Below, one piece after another: positions 8,888 through 18,284 of a stretch of DNA of 43,396 nt. Every line of letters begins with the position of its first letter. Within the stretch, counting starts at the first letter, position 1. Source of the DNA: a virus (lineage: Duplodnaviria > Caudoviricetes). The stretch spans positions 1-43,396 of the IMG/VR virus record IMGVR_UViG_3300019996_000010; one strand, given 5' to 3'. Below the pieces are notes generated by a model that ran no database searches, was not told the DNA's origin, and worked only from the letters and a program-made list of their open reading frames with translations. A program made the translations under genes and the position numbers.

Positions 8888-9393
8888 TTAATGAAATCAG
8901 CCCCATATTCCAAAGCATAAATAATATATGGAATCCGATGCTTTTCGTATTGATCACCCGCCGGCCCGAATTCTGCATTATAAATCGCATCCTGATCCGA
9001 ATTAACTTGCATTGGCTCGGTCAGGTTAACGAATTTGTATTCTGTCAGGATTTCCGCACATTTGAGGAACTGCGGGATCTTGCGAATGAAAGTTTCAATC
9101 CAATCAAACCCAAGTTTCTTTTTGATAATTACCACCGTGCGAATAGTTTGAATGTGCCTTCGCTCATAGCGTGCCCCGAAAGAAAATTCCTCATCCTCGG
9201 TGACCGTTCCAGGCATTAGGCGGTGAAAATATTGAACGTCCCACTTGTCGTCGATTGCCACTTGTTTTGAATCCTCCACGCGGACGGGGTGAACTTGGGT
9301 TCCTTTGACCACCGGGATACAAAGTCCATAGGCCTTTATATTCGCATTAAGCGTAAGGATTTGGCGGTCTATTTCGTCACAAATGGATTTCAC
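8866..9393 (-). CDS. Head-tail connector or tail terminator candidate
   Basis: Size and position after the capsid and adaptor genes; coupled overlaps. Confidence 0.45.
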   Translation of the reverse strand: MKSICDEIDRQILTLNANIKAYGLCIPVVKGTQVHPVRVEDSKQVAIDDKWDVQYFHRLMPGTVTEDEEFSFGARYERRHIQTIRTVVIIKKKLGFDWIETFIRKIPQFLKCAEILTEYKFVNLTEPMQVNSDQDAIYNAEFGPAGDQYEKHRIPYIIYALEYGADFIKCAVVCS

Positions 9394-9866
9394 TTGAACA
9401 ATTCTTTGGTCATAATATCCCCAATTAAATCCTGTTCACTCATAGAGAGGGCAAAAATATCCTTGTCATATTTGTCCTGCATCCACTGGCTTTTGTCGTA
9501 GTTCTTTGAATTAGTAAATCCGTAGCCGAACGATCCGCCCCCCAAAACTTGCAGGCCATAGTCTACCTGCATCTGATCGGTGTTGCGAAGGATTACAAAG
9601 CCTGGGTTCTTTCCAATCTCTCTTTTATATTGCGAATAACCACCTTTGAAATAAGAGTGACCCGTCTGACGTGCTTGATTCTTTTTGGCTATTGAAATAG
9701 GCTTTGTTCCGTAGGTTCCGATCTGCGCACCCGGTGCGGATTTACCAGATTCAAAGATTCGTTTCTTGTGGACTGGCAAAACAGAAGTCAAGGCGGTCCT
9801 TATCGCCCGGTCATTCTTGATGACCTGGTTTAAATCTTTGATTAGACTGTCCCATCCATCAGCCAT
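9390..9866 (-). CDS. Neck/tail-completion protein candidate
   Basis: Basic 158 aa with RIFESGK..G..IG.Y and Y..YK...G...V.L..T..M pattern typical of virion morphogenesis proteins. Confidence 0.55.
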   Translation of the reverse strand: MADGWDSLIKDLNQVIKNDRAIRTALTSVLPVHKKRIFESGKSAPGAQIGTYGTKPISIAKKNQARQTGHSYFKGGYSQYKREIGKNPGFVILRNTDQMQVDYGLQVLGGGSFGYGFTNSKNYDKSQWMQDKYDKDIFALSMSEQDLIGDIMTKELFK

Positions 9867-9919
9867 TATCTTTTTGGACGTTTCTTTTTAGATCCGCAAT
9901 TGCATTTTTCTTCTTTCAT
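9866..9919 (-). CDS. 17-aa microprotein MKEEKCNCGSKKKRPKR
   Basis: ATG overlaps the upstream stop (ATGA 9919-9916) and TAA overlaps the downstream ATG (TAATG 9868-9864); fills the gap exactly. Confidence 0.6.
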   Translation of the reverse strand: MKEEKCNCGSKKKRPKR

Positions 9920-10869
9920 GGCAGTAAACTTGTTGAACTCACCGTACTTTTACATTCAAAACAAATAGGGTCTTCCTGAATTCTCAAATTTCTAATTGAA
10001 TTGTCCAAATCTTTGTCATACTCATTTTGATAATAACCCGCTAATTCATTGGCGCGTTCAGTTGTTAGGGTAGTGAACCGGTTGAACCTATCTGTTAAGA
10101 CCCTTTCCCTGATTAAATCAATTCCTATCCGTGAAAGAAACGCCTTTTTGAATAAATTTATATTTTTACAGATGAATTTTTCAATAGAACAGTAAACGAC
10201 AAAATTAGCGTTTAATCCTCCCCCATTAGATTGGGTTACCGAGATATTCGATCCAACGCAAATAGGAAATGTGCATGAAAACTTATCAAATCCCCAGGGA
10301 TATGAACCATCATAAAAATATTTGTTTTCGGATTTGTATAGTCTATAATCATTCGACGAATAAGCAATGAAAAGTTTGTCTACCTCGAAATCTTGAAAAA
10401 TATCTATAGTATTGCGACCAGGAACTAACTCAACTGACTTCGTATAAAGTAATTCTCCGAAATGATCGTTTTTAAAGAATCGAATAACAAATTTAGGGGA
10501 GGCATAAGATTCTATTCCAAAGACTTCAATAGTTAAAACTTGCAGTTTTGCATATTTAGGCAAGTGGTATTGAAGCGTTAGCCCTGCAAGTCCATCAAAA
10601 GTATTTTCATCTTTGATAAACTCAGAAGTTTCACGTGAAACTAATTTTAAGTCAATATGAAACTTGTCTGCTAATTTACCTTGAACATCAGCAATAAAAT
10701 TTGCTTGTGCATTAGAATAAAGATCATTCCAACACTCAATATAATCCTCTTGTTCGTCTTTGGTGAGATCATCAAACAAAGCAAGAGTAACCCCTGGAAT
10801 ATTCGTAGCGTAAAGGCCCGAACGCGAGGGAAAACTCTTGCCTATAGTGATGAAGTCATCAAAGCACAT
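9916..10869 (-). CDS. Head-tail adaptor candidate (317 aa)
   Basis: Immediately after the major capsid gene; helical ends with beta-rich middle; C-terminal CxxC. Confidence 0.5.
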   Translation of the reverse strand: MCFDDFITIGKSFPSRSGLYATNIPGVTLALFDDLTKDEQEDYIECWNDLYSNAQANFIADVQGKLADKFHIDLKLVSRETSEFIKDENTFDGLAGLTLQYHLPKYAKLQVLTIEVFGIESYASPKFVIRFFKNDHFGELLYTKSVELVPGRNTIDIFQDFEVDKLFIAYSSNDYRLYKSENKYFYDGSYPWGFDKFSCTFPICVGSNISVTQSNGGGLNANFVVYCSIEKFICKNINLFKKAFLSRIGIDLIRERVLTDRFNRFTTLTTERANELAGYYQNEYDKDLDNSIRNLRIQEDPICFECKSTVSSTSLLP

Positions 10870-10871
10870 TC

Positions 10872-11972
10872 CTAAACGTTGCCGAATTCATACTTCCAGA
10901 TTCCAGTTACGCCATACAATTCATCGTCGCACGCAGGCGAAGGATTATCCTGTTTGAACGCATCCGCTTTGAAAGCATTATATACATCGAATCGGGCCGA
11001 AAATTGATAAGCCCAGGACTTCGTACAAATATCGAACTTCATGTCAAAATCCCATTTCAGCATTGGATAGACCGGATCCTGAAGAACAATAGCCTTTTGT
11101 AGGTCATTGTCGATCATGATGTTTGCATTCATATTAAACCACAACAGATGTGAAGCCCCGAAAGATGCCATAATCGCACGGGTATATCGCGTGTCACCTG
11201 GCAGACCCAAAACCGCATTAGCGCCTTGCTCAAGGAAGAAAGCCGCCCCCGCAGATGCCAGCGCATCCCCATAAGGGGTATTTGCATTACAGCAAGCTTT
11301 TCCCATCAAATTAAGAGCCGTTTGAAAATTGCCTTGTGCAATAATAGCAGGAACTCCTCCGAACTCCATATTCTGATAATCCATTAAAACATCGTTGTAG
11401 TTGGCCGTCAGTGGAAATTTCACACCATCTGAATTCGTCTTCAGGATTGGAACTTGTTGATAGCCAGTGGTTTTTTGGGTGCCATCCTGACGATTCAATG
11501 TGCCAGCACCTACCGCCATTTTGGAAAGAATTTTCTCGGAGAGTTTTTCCCGCATGGCCCTCATTTCTGAGTTAAGCCATTCCTGCACCCAGGTGGATGA
11601 ATCCGCACAAATTTGCACCAAATTTTCATTGGTGAATTTCTTTGGATAGTTCGCGATGGCATCAGCAACAGTCAGATCCGCCGATTTTTCGACCGGTTCG
11701 GTAGCCGCATCGCAGATGGTCGAATCCATTGCATCCGCACCCGTTTGAATCTCACAAGGGAGTGAACGTTGCTTGTATAATACCTTCGCCCTGATAACTT
11801 TTGTACCATCCTGTGTGTAGGAGGCCTTAATGTTACCATTTTGTGGAGAAGTGATGAAATCAAGTGCGCCGATTTGTCGGCCCAGGGTGAAGGCGTAATT
11901 TTGCCCTACCATGTCTTTGGTCTGACGTATGATTTTTTCGCATACGCCAGCCAGGGAATAATTGAATGCCAT
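10872..11972 (-). CDS. Major capsid protein
   Basis: 366 aa, follows the scaffold-like gene in portal-minor head-scaffold-MCP order; long spine-helix-like segment. Confidence 0.75.
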   Translation of the reverse strand: MAFNYSLAGVCEKIIRQTKDMVGQNYAFTLGRQIGALDFITSPQNGNIKASYTQDGTKVIRAKVLYKQRSLPCEIQTGADAMDSTICDAATEPVEKSADLTVADAIANYPKKFTNENLVQICADSSTWVQEWLNSEMRAMREKLSEKILSKMAVGAGTLNRQDGTQKTTGYQQVPILKTNSDGVKFPLTANYNDVLMDYQNMEFGGVPAIIAQGNFQTALNLMGKACCNANTPYGDALASAGAAFFLEQGANAVLGLPGDTRYTRAIMASFGASHLLWFNMNANIMIDNDLQKAIVLQDPVYPMLKWDFDMKFDICTKSWAYQFSARFDVYNAFKADAFKQDNPSPACDDELYGVTGIWKYEFGNV

Positions 11973-11980
11973 TTTGTTTG

Positions 11981-12874
11981 TTAGGCTGTGGCAGGCTCCA
12001 TAGCCATAGCAGCCCGCTGTTCTGCAAGGGTCATTTTGCTAGTGTCTACTTTTTGAGTTTGCTGCCGCGTTGTCCCACCTGTAGTCGGAGGAGTTGTGCC
12101 ATTACTTTTCTTAATGTATGGCTCTGCCTTCTTTTCCAACAGCTTGTCAAGGGTTAAAACATCATTCGAACCGGTGACATAAATATCCCTCAGCGTGCCG
12201 TCAACGCTCTTTTTTAGGACGACCTCCCCGGAATCAGCCAAATCAATCACGACAGGGTTACCGTCATGCTTTTCATCTTTGACCTCGGAGAGTATTACTT
12301 TGATTATAGATTTTTTGACCTTGTTGAATTCATCGGAGAACTGAAATCCGTTGAGTTTGGATTCAAGGGTCGATTCGATTTTATCTTGCCGTGCTTTAGT
12401 GTGAATAGCAGCTATTTCAAGTTTATACTTGTCCTCCGTTGCTTTATGTTTGTCACTCCACTCCTTTTCGACTTTTTCAATTTCCTTGTTTTTGGCTCCC
12501 GATGCCGTTGTTTTGGCTGTTTCGAAAGATTCTTTCAGGGCCCCACCAAGTTTTTCAATACGCTCAAGAGTATATTTGATTTTATCCTTGCCGATCTCTT
12601 TGGCTTTTTCTTCCGGGATCATTGCGTATAATGGGGCGATGACCTCATCCACCTTGTCAAACATATCAGCGCGGGTCTTGCGCTGTATGTCACCGACAAT
12701 CTCTGTGTCGTTGGCCGCTTTCTCGCGGGTCATCATAATAGTACCATATTTGGATACGAAGTCTTCGGGGACTTCAATGTCTGCAATTGCAGAGGCTGTA
12801 AGAAGGGCGTTATAGTCAGTGTTTACGATCTTGCTGTCCTCAGCAAGTTTACGAAGAAAATCTTTTAATTTCAA
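11981..12874 (-). CDS. Capsid scaffolding protein
   Basis: K/E-rich helical protein with low-complexity C-terminal tail; TTG start; directly upstream of the MCP. Confidence 0.7.
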   Translation of the reverse strand: MKLKDFLRKLAEDSKIVNTDYNALLTASAIADIEVPEDFVSKYGTIMMTREKAANDTEIVGDIQRKTRADMFDKVDEVIAPLYAMIPEEKAKEIGKDKIKYTLERIEKLGGALKESFETAKTTASGAKNKEIEKVEKEWSDKHKATEDKYKLEIAAIHTKARQDKIESTLESKLNGFQFSDEFNKVKKSIIKVILSEVKDEKHDGNPVVIDLADSGEVVLKKSVDGTLRDIYVTGSNDVLTLDKLLEKKAEPYIKKSNGTTPPTTGGTTRQQTQKVDTSKMTLAEQRAAMAMEPATA

Positions 12875-12917
12875 TGTTCATATAAATGAAATTTATTCCC
12901 ACCCGGAAAGGCCCGGC

Positions 12918-13145
12918 TTATTTCTTCGTTTTCTTTATTGCCCTTGATTTTTCAGGCTGAAGAATAGATGGGATATTTTCCGCTCCCATTGTTTCTTTTT
13001 CTTCAACCTTTTCTTCAATGACAGGTCTTTGATTTATTTTGGATTCAACGCCGACTAATTCATATTGATCGCGATTTAGGTTAAAGGAGTATTCACTCAT
13101 TTCAATAATTTCTCCTGTTTGTTTATCTTTTACTCTAACATCCAT
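12918..13145 (-). CDS. Small charged head-associated hypothetical protein (75 aa)
   Basis: Start moved to ATG 13145 (MDVRVKDKQ), 3 nt after a consensus -7 box. Confidence 0.6.
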   Translation of the reverse strand: MDVRVKDKQTGEIIEMSEYSFNLNRDQYELVGVESKINQRPVIEEKVEEKETMGAENIPSILQPEKSRAIKKTKK

Positions 13146-13148
13146 ATT

Positions 13149-13179
13149 CAAAGATATAAATTTCAAATTAAGAAACAAA
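13149..13179 (-). promoter_or_regulatory. Bacteroidota sigma-A-type promoter for scaffold/capsid genes
   Basis: TTTG (13179-13176) -19 nt- TATCTTTG (13156-13149). Confidence 0.7.
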
Positions 13180-14043
13180 ACCACGCTCTTTCGAAGAAAT
13201 TATGTCCTCTTGTGGTACGATGGATTCGTGAACCGGAATGATGCTGTGCGAACAATTCCAGCCACCGGCAAAAATGAATATTGTGGAGGCGTTTGTCCCT
13301 GAAACCTTGCCAGCCCAATCCTGACCTGGCCAAGTTTCTATTTCGGATTTCAGATAGTAATGCCCGGCTTTGTCGATACAAAAATCCCTGCTTGACCGCA
13401 TTAACCCGCCACTATATGCATACCATACAAGGCCAAGATCATTCGAAACCGCATGATGAAATGCCCTGCTATAATTAAATAATACGCTTTTAGTTATGGT
13501 CTTTGTATGCGAAAGAAGTTTCCCATCAATATCAGTGGTTCCTTTGATGAATGTCCTTACCGAATCCAATAGATCGGTAAAATGTCCTCCGCTATTTATA
13601 CTTGTGTTTAGGACGATAGATAAAGGAATTTTGACCGATGCTTCAAACCCTTGATTGAAAAGCAAATCTTCAACCTGCTTAACAGTTTGTTTTTGGAGGC
13701 TTGCCAGAAATTGGCGATTAGGCTTGAATGCGTCAGATAGGGCCTCAAAATACGTAACACTCAAGGCGTCAACTGCAGGAATAGTCTTTAGATAATTCTC
13801 TACAATATTTTGATATTGAGAGGACGCTACTTTCTGATCCAAAACGGTTAAAGACTTATTGATTATCGCCCTATTTCCTGCGTTCTGTAAAATAAGCCCT
13901 TCTTCGTCTAACTCTAAATCCTTCAAGACCTTTACAATTTGGGGGTATAATGAATCCTGTACCTTGATTATTCCGGTCCCTAATATCTCGTTGGCGGCTA
14001 TTATAGTGCGTTCCAATTTGGCCGCTAGTTCTTCCGGGGTCAT
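13168..14043 (-). CDS. Minor head morphogenesis protein (MuF/SPP1 gp7-like)
   Basis: Follows the portal; C-terminal Y.G....SRDFC ... GGWNCSH Cys/His motif. Confidence 0.75.
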   Translation of the reverse strand: MTPEELAAKLERTIIAANEILGTGIIKVQDSLYPQIVKVLKDLELDEEGLILQNAGNRAIINKSLTVLDQKVASSQYQNIVENYLKTIPAVDALSVTYFEALSDAFKPNRQFLASLQKQTVKQVEDLLFNQGFEASVKIPLSIVLNTSINSGGHFTDLLDSVRTFIKGTTDIDGKLLSHTKTITKSVLFNYSRAFHHAVSNDLGLVWYAYSGGLMRSSRDFCIDKAGHYYLKSEIETWPGQDWAGKVSGTNASTIFIFAGGWNCSHSIIPVHESIVPQEDIISSKERGFVS

Positions 14044-15911
14044 GCTGCGGCAGGAATAGGATTTCCATTGGCATCTGTATTTGAAATGGGGTTACCCTGC
14101 GCGTCAACCTGTTGTATGGATGGATTCAATGTCACTTTTGTTCGTGCTATTACTTCTCTGGCGTATCCCTCCAATATCGCCAATTGTTGATCTTTATCCA
14201 AATCCGCAAAACCTTCATTTTCGTGAAGCGCCCGGTCTACAAAATGGCCCATATTCAAATGTATCGTTGTCCATTCTCCCGGCCAAGGTTTGGGTAATAT
14301 TGTTTGACCGGCCACTAAATCAGTCATATTGAATTGTCCCAGTGGGTCCAAATCAAGGACTAAAGTGAGTCTGCGGATTTCTTCTATGCTATTGGCGAAC
14401 TCTTTCCCAATTAAATCCTTTTGCAGACTCTTTGAAACCTCTGGATTAATTTGAGCGTTCCTTGAAGCTGTGATCCTATCAAGAAGGTCTTGAGCTGAAT
14501 CCATATCAAAGGTAGTGGGCCTATTTATGTAGGGTAAATTTGATATTAATTTATCCGGCGTGAATGGATCATTTGGTTTTGCTTCGGTAGAAACTTTAAA
14601 CATCAGAAAATTGAAGTATCGATAAATCTTTTTTAAATGAACATCAAAAATTGAAGCCGCTATTTTACCTATTGTATCGTAAAGCTCCGACCTATCAATG
14701 ACTTTAGCGATCCCGGACTGATTTGCCCCTACCTTGTTGGCTATATCCATGTTTATAGCATTCAACCCTTTTTCGTGCATTTTATCAACCCGCTCATCGA
14801 GCATCTTAGTAGCATCGGTAGGCACGTTAACATATTCGACAGGCGAAAGTCCGGTGGTATTTCCCTCAAGTTTTTCCTTACTAAAAAGATATACTCCGTA
14901 TGGAGATTTGACCGACCGATGACCGGTGCCATGACATGATGGACAAGTCATGTTACCATTAGCCACTCCTGCCTCGTCAACTGTTCTTATCATCCCTGAA
15001 ATACACCGATGATTGTTCATGATGTAGTCACATTCTTCCGCTAGTTCTGTCCTTATGGGATGAAGATGATTGATGAAGGCCCCCACCAAATCCGATTCAT
15101 GGATGACGGCATAGTTCCAGAACGGAAGTGCGTCGTCTAGCCATGATCGATACATTATTGAGCCATTATCCATAATCTCAGGGATTCCAGCCAGCTTCCA
15201 AACTGGAATTTCGCCGCATCCATGAACATAAATATTTTGAACGGTAAGTTCAGTAGTATTTATGTTAGGGAATGATACCGAAAATTCAATTATGTTTTGA
15301 TTATCATAATATTCAAAGAAAAATGTTTCGGTTACAACTTGAGGGGGAATAATGCTTTTAATTTTCTCAGAACGGATGAAAATAAGATACATATCCACAT
15401 CATAAAACCATATATTTGGCGACCCAAAAATCTTAGCCGTAGCCTGTGGCCTGGTGCTTTGTGAAATATCGAATTTAATAGGACGGACTGCAAATACTCC
15501 GTTAGGGTCAGCCAATATTTTTTTTAATGCACTATCAGCCATGAAATTAACCACCGAATTGAATTCAGGATATTCTTTCAAAGTATAATTCTCCAACATC
15601 TTCGCATCTTCGGACTGATCAGTCCATTTGATTGAATAAAGCGATGGATTAAACATCCTGGAAAGAATGGATATAGCCTTCCCAGCCGTCGCCTTAGTAG
15701 TTGGTTGGTAAACACCTAACCGATAATCTTTTGTTTCAGTGTCTTCCCGTGGACGGGATAGATCTAACAGTTTATTTGGTTTTTTTCCATAAAGGTGCAC
15801 GGACATTTCATCTGCGTGTTCGCAGGTTTCTGCATAGCAGTCATGTCTTATGCCTTGCTGGCATAAGTTGCGCAAGAATTTCTTAAAATCATCATCTTCG
15901 GAGAAAACCAT
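14040..15911 (-). CDS. Portal protein
   Basis: 623 aa, QSGIAK..D motif typical of portals, internal CPSCHGTG, upstream of the minor head gene. Confidence 0.8.
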   Translation of the reverse strand: MVFSEDDDFKKFLRNLCQQGIRHDCYAETCEHADEMSVHLYGKKPNKLLDLSRPREDTETKDYRLGVYQPTTKATAGKAISILSRMFNPSLYSIKWTDQSEDAKMLENYTLKEYPEFNSVVNFMADSALKKILADPNGVFAVRPIKFDISQSTRPQATAKIFGSPNIWFYDVDMYLIFIRSEKIKSIIPPQVVTETFFFEYYDNQNIIEFSVSFPNINTTELTVQNIYVHGCGEIPVWKLAGIPEIMDNGSIMYRSWLDDALPFWNYAVIHESDLVGAFINHLHPIRTELAEECDYIMNNHRCISGMIRTVDEAGVANGNMTCPSCHGTGHRSVKSPYGVYLFSKEKLEGNTTGLSPVEYVNVPTDATKMLDERVDKMHEKGLNAINMDIANKVGANQSGIAKVIDRSELYDTIGKIAASIFDVHLKKIYRYFNFLMFKVSTEAKPNDPFTPDKLISNLPYINRPTTFDMDSAQDLLDRITASRNAQINPEVSKSLQKDLIGKEFANSIEEIRRLTLVLDLDPLGQFNMTDLVAGQTILPKPWPGEWTTIHLNMGHFVDRALHENEGFADLDKDQQLAILEGYAREVIARTKVTLNPSIQQVDAQGNPISNTDANGNPIPAAA

Positions 15912-15917
15912 AGATTT

Positions 15918-15942
15918 AAAAAAAGGGGCAATGATGCCCCTT
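15918..15942 (-). terminator. Rho-independent terminator after the putative major tail gene
   Basis: Stem AAGGGGCA / TGCCCCTT with 4-nt loop, running into a T tract on the minus strand. Confidence 0.8.
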
Positions 15943-16474
15943 AATTAGCATCAAGTAACGCCGAGGGAGTCGTCCCAATGATAGGGTTATCGTAACTCTG
16001 CCATTTGGTGACAACCTTCCAGAAAGCAGCTGTTTTTATGCTGCGCTTGTTGTCGATTGTACCGTACAAAGTCGCGGGAGTCGTGATATAATAGAAATAC
16101 CCCGCATTTGTAAAGTAAACCGTTTTCCAACTCTTCCGGTTGGCCGCTTCCCAAAAGTCGCGGTTATCCTTTAGCCCCTCCACCTCAAAGGTAACAGAAT
16201 GGTCGGCCCCAGTCACCCGGGAAACCTCTGTACCAAATCCTTCTTCCTCGGTAGGCGTTCCGCCGGGATATTCTCCCCGCGTAGGCTGAACCAAAAAGAA
16301 ATTTTGAGGGGAGGCAGCTATCCTCCCTGTCCAGTAGGCTTTCGACTCAAGATTCGCTTTTGAAGGCGATTCTGATGGATCGATAAGTCCCACGGCAATG
16401 ATGCCAGCATTTTCTACTCCGCAATCTTTGATGACCCAATCAGGAACATCAACATCACAAAAAACTGAAGGCAT
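15941..16474 (-). CDS. Putative major tail tube protein
   Basis: 177 aa from ATG 16474 (the ORF track starts at TTG 16489); beta-rich; has its own terminator, as expected for a high-copy structural gene. Confidence 0.55.
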   Translation of the reverse strand: MPSVFCDVDVPDWVIKDCGVENAGIIAVGLIDPSESPSKANLESKAYWTGRIAASPQNFFLVQPTRGEYPGGTPTEEEGFGTEVSRVTGADHSVTFEVEGLKDNRDFWEAANRKSWKTVYFTNAGYFYYITTPATLYGTIDNKRSIKTAAFWKVVTKWQSYDNPIIGTTPSALLDAN

Positions 16475-16529
16475 AAATTCATAATTCAAAAGTTAACCCA
16501 CATTCACCGCGGTGAATCGCTTTCTATAA

Positions 16530-18284
16530 TCAAAGTACATTTCTCTTTATAAAATCCCTGTCTGTTAATAAAAATTGAGTTCTCCGTAATGGATACCTCT
16601 TATTGCCCTGAATCTTTGTCATTCCATCGCCCTTTATCCAATTTTTCCCCTGAATAATTACGTTGTCATGTGCCAAGACCAACTGCAATTTTTGAATCAT
16701 GTAGAATGGCATCCATCCAACATCAAAAAGTTTCTTGTGCTTTACTTCGCTTGAAAGTTGGACTATTTCAGAATTAGACAGGTCTATGGATTCATACTCA
16801 TCAGGGAATTCTTCTTCAAAGAAAACAGCGGGGACACGTAATTTAAAAACACTTGATGGGCTTATCTCCGGATAGGCTATATCATCGAAAGGATTTGAAT
16901 TTGAATAGGTTATTAATTCTGTACAGACTTGCGGTTTTATTGAGATGCAATCCGATTTGTACGTTATTCCTGAATTTAATTGTAGCCCCGTTCCAGCTAC
17001 ATCACTTGGAAAAAAAGAACTAATATCTACGGTCCATGCTCCGGAAAACCCAAAAGATGACGTATATTTATATTTTATCCTGAATCCTATTTCATCAAAA
17101 TTAGATACGGATGTTGTGAATGACAAAATACCACTATCCGAGTTATCCGCAAAAGTATTAATTAGTTGATTTCCTATTTCGATGCCATTGATATAGTAAA
17201 CGGCATATAATTCTGAGTTATTCCAACTTCCTACACTTGCACTTCGTATTCCGGCGATCACTTGAAATGAGAATTTTTTGGCCGTGGCCTGAACTTGAGC
17301 AAAATGATGACGAAGGGCAATAGTAAGGCTACTTGTCCCTGGTACGCCAGCAAATGTCTGTGGCAACCGAGCTCTATTTGTTCCAGTATCAATTGCCCAA
17401 AAACCAATACCGCCATCTGCCACTTGATGCCAAGGTAATAATGTGCCAGCATCAAAAGAATAATTATCAAACGTTTCAGTTTCTTCTATTTTTAGGGAAA
17501 TCTCATCCGTAACATTACACAATGGAATATCACCTATCGTTATACTTATGGCGCCACTTGATGGGGTAGTTGGTATGCCGCATTGAATTTCTATGTATGT
17601 GGCTGGGGCATTAGTCATTGTGAATACAATAGTATCATTATATGTACCCGGAGTCAATCCACTATGTGAAAAGGCGTTATCGCATGGAACGCCGGATGGG
17701 GCGGGATTTCCATTAAAAAATCTTACGGTTACATAAAATATTCCCGGATTAAATGATCCGGTTACTACTATAGTGAGCGGTATGGTAACCGTTACTCCTT
17801 GCTCTATTAATTTCGGTAATGCCCTTGTGGCACCAAGTGACTGAAATGATCCAGATGCGGTTTTAGAAAATGATGTGGAATCCTTGGTAAAATGCAATAG
17901 CCCAAAAAAATCCTCATCTCCCCATGATGTTGGCGGATTTATTTTTCCACTGAGACCATCAATCAAAAAATCCAATTCAAATAGATCGTCCCCTATTTCT
18001 CCGAATGGCATTTTTTGTAGTTCTACATCCTGATCATCATAAGCGATCAAATTGTAGGTAAAATATTCATCACCTAAAAATTGAAGCCTTATTTCATCGT
18101 CACCCTCAAAAGGCTGACACCAAAAAACGGGTTCAATGGAGCAAACTGCGGTCTCGTTATAAGTGCTTTCCGCTATGGGCCAGAATTGGACCGGATTAGA
18201 ATCGGATATGGTCACTTTGTTCGCGACAAGAGGTAATTCCCACGTCAAAAGTAATGACCATAAAACAAATATAACCTTTTTCAT
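16530..18284 (-). CDS. Minor tail/baseplate protein with beta-rich insertions
   Basis: Second gene after the tape measure; S/G/F-rich middle; alternative GTG start at 18215. Confidence 0.6.
   Translation of the reverse strand: MKKVIFVLWSLLLTWELPLVANKVTISDSNPVQFWPIAESTYNETAVCSIEPVFWCQPFEGDDEIRLQFLGDEYFTYNLIAYDDQDVELQKMPFGEIGDDLFELDFLIDGLSGKINPPTSWGDEDFFGLLHFTKDSTSFSKTASGSFQSLGATRALPKLIEQGVTVTIPLTIVVTGSFNPGIFYVTVRFFNGNPAPSGVPCDNAFSHSGLTPGTYNDTIVFTMTNAPATYIEIQCGIPTTPSSGAISITIGDIPLCNVTDEISLKIEETETFDNYSFDAGTLLPWHQVADGGIGFWAIDTGTNRARLPQTFAGVPGTSSLTIALRHHFAQVQATAKKFSFQVIAGIRSASVGSWNNSELYAVYYINGIEIGNQLINTFADNSDSGILSFTTSVSNFDEIGFRIKYKYTSSFGFSGAWTVDISSFFPSDVAGTGLQLNSGITYKSDCISIKPQVCTELITYSNSNPFDDIAYPEISPSSVFKLRVPAVFFEEEFPDEYESIDLSNSEIVQLSSEVKHKKLFDVGWMPFYMIQKLQLVLAHDNVIIQGKNWIKGDGMTKIQGNKRYPLRRTQFLLTDRDFIKRNVL

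Noticed and set aside
18215-18284. Signal-peptide-like N-terminus MKKVIFVLWSLLLTWELPLVA on the 584-aa tail protein
   Set aside because: The h-region is interrupted by Glu, there is no +1 Gln, and an in-frame GTG at 18215 with A-rich context is an equally good start; not counted among the exported proteins
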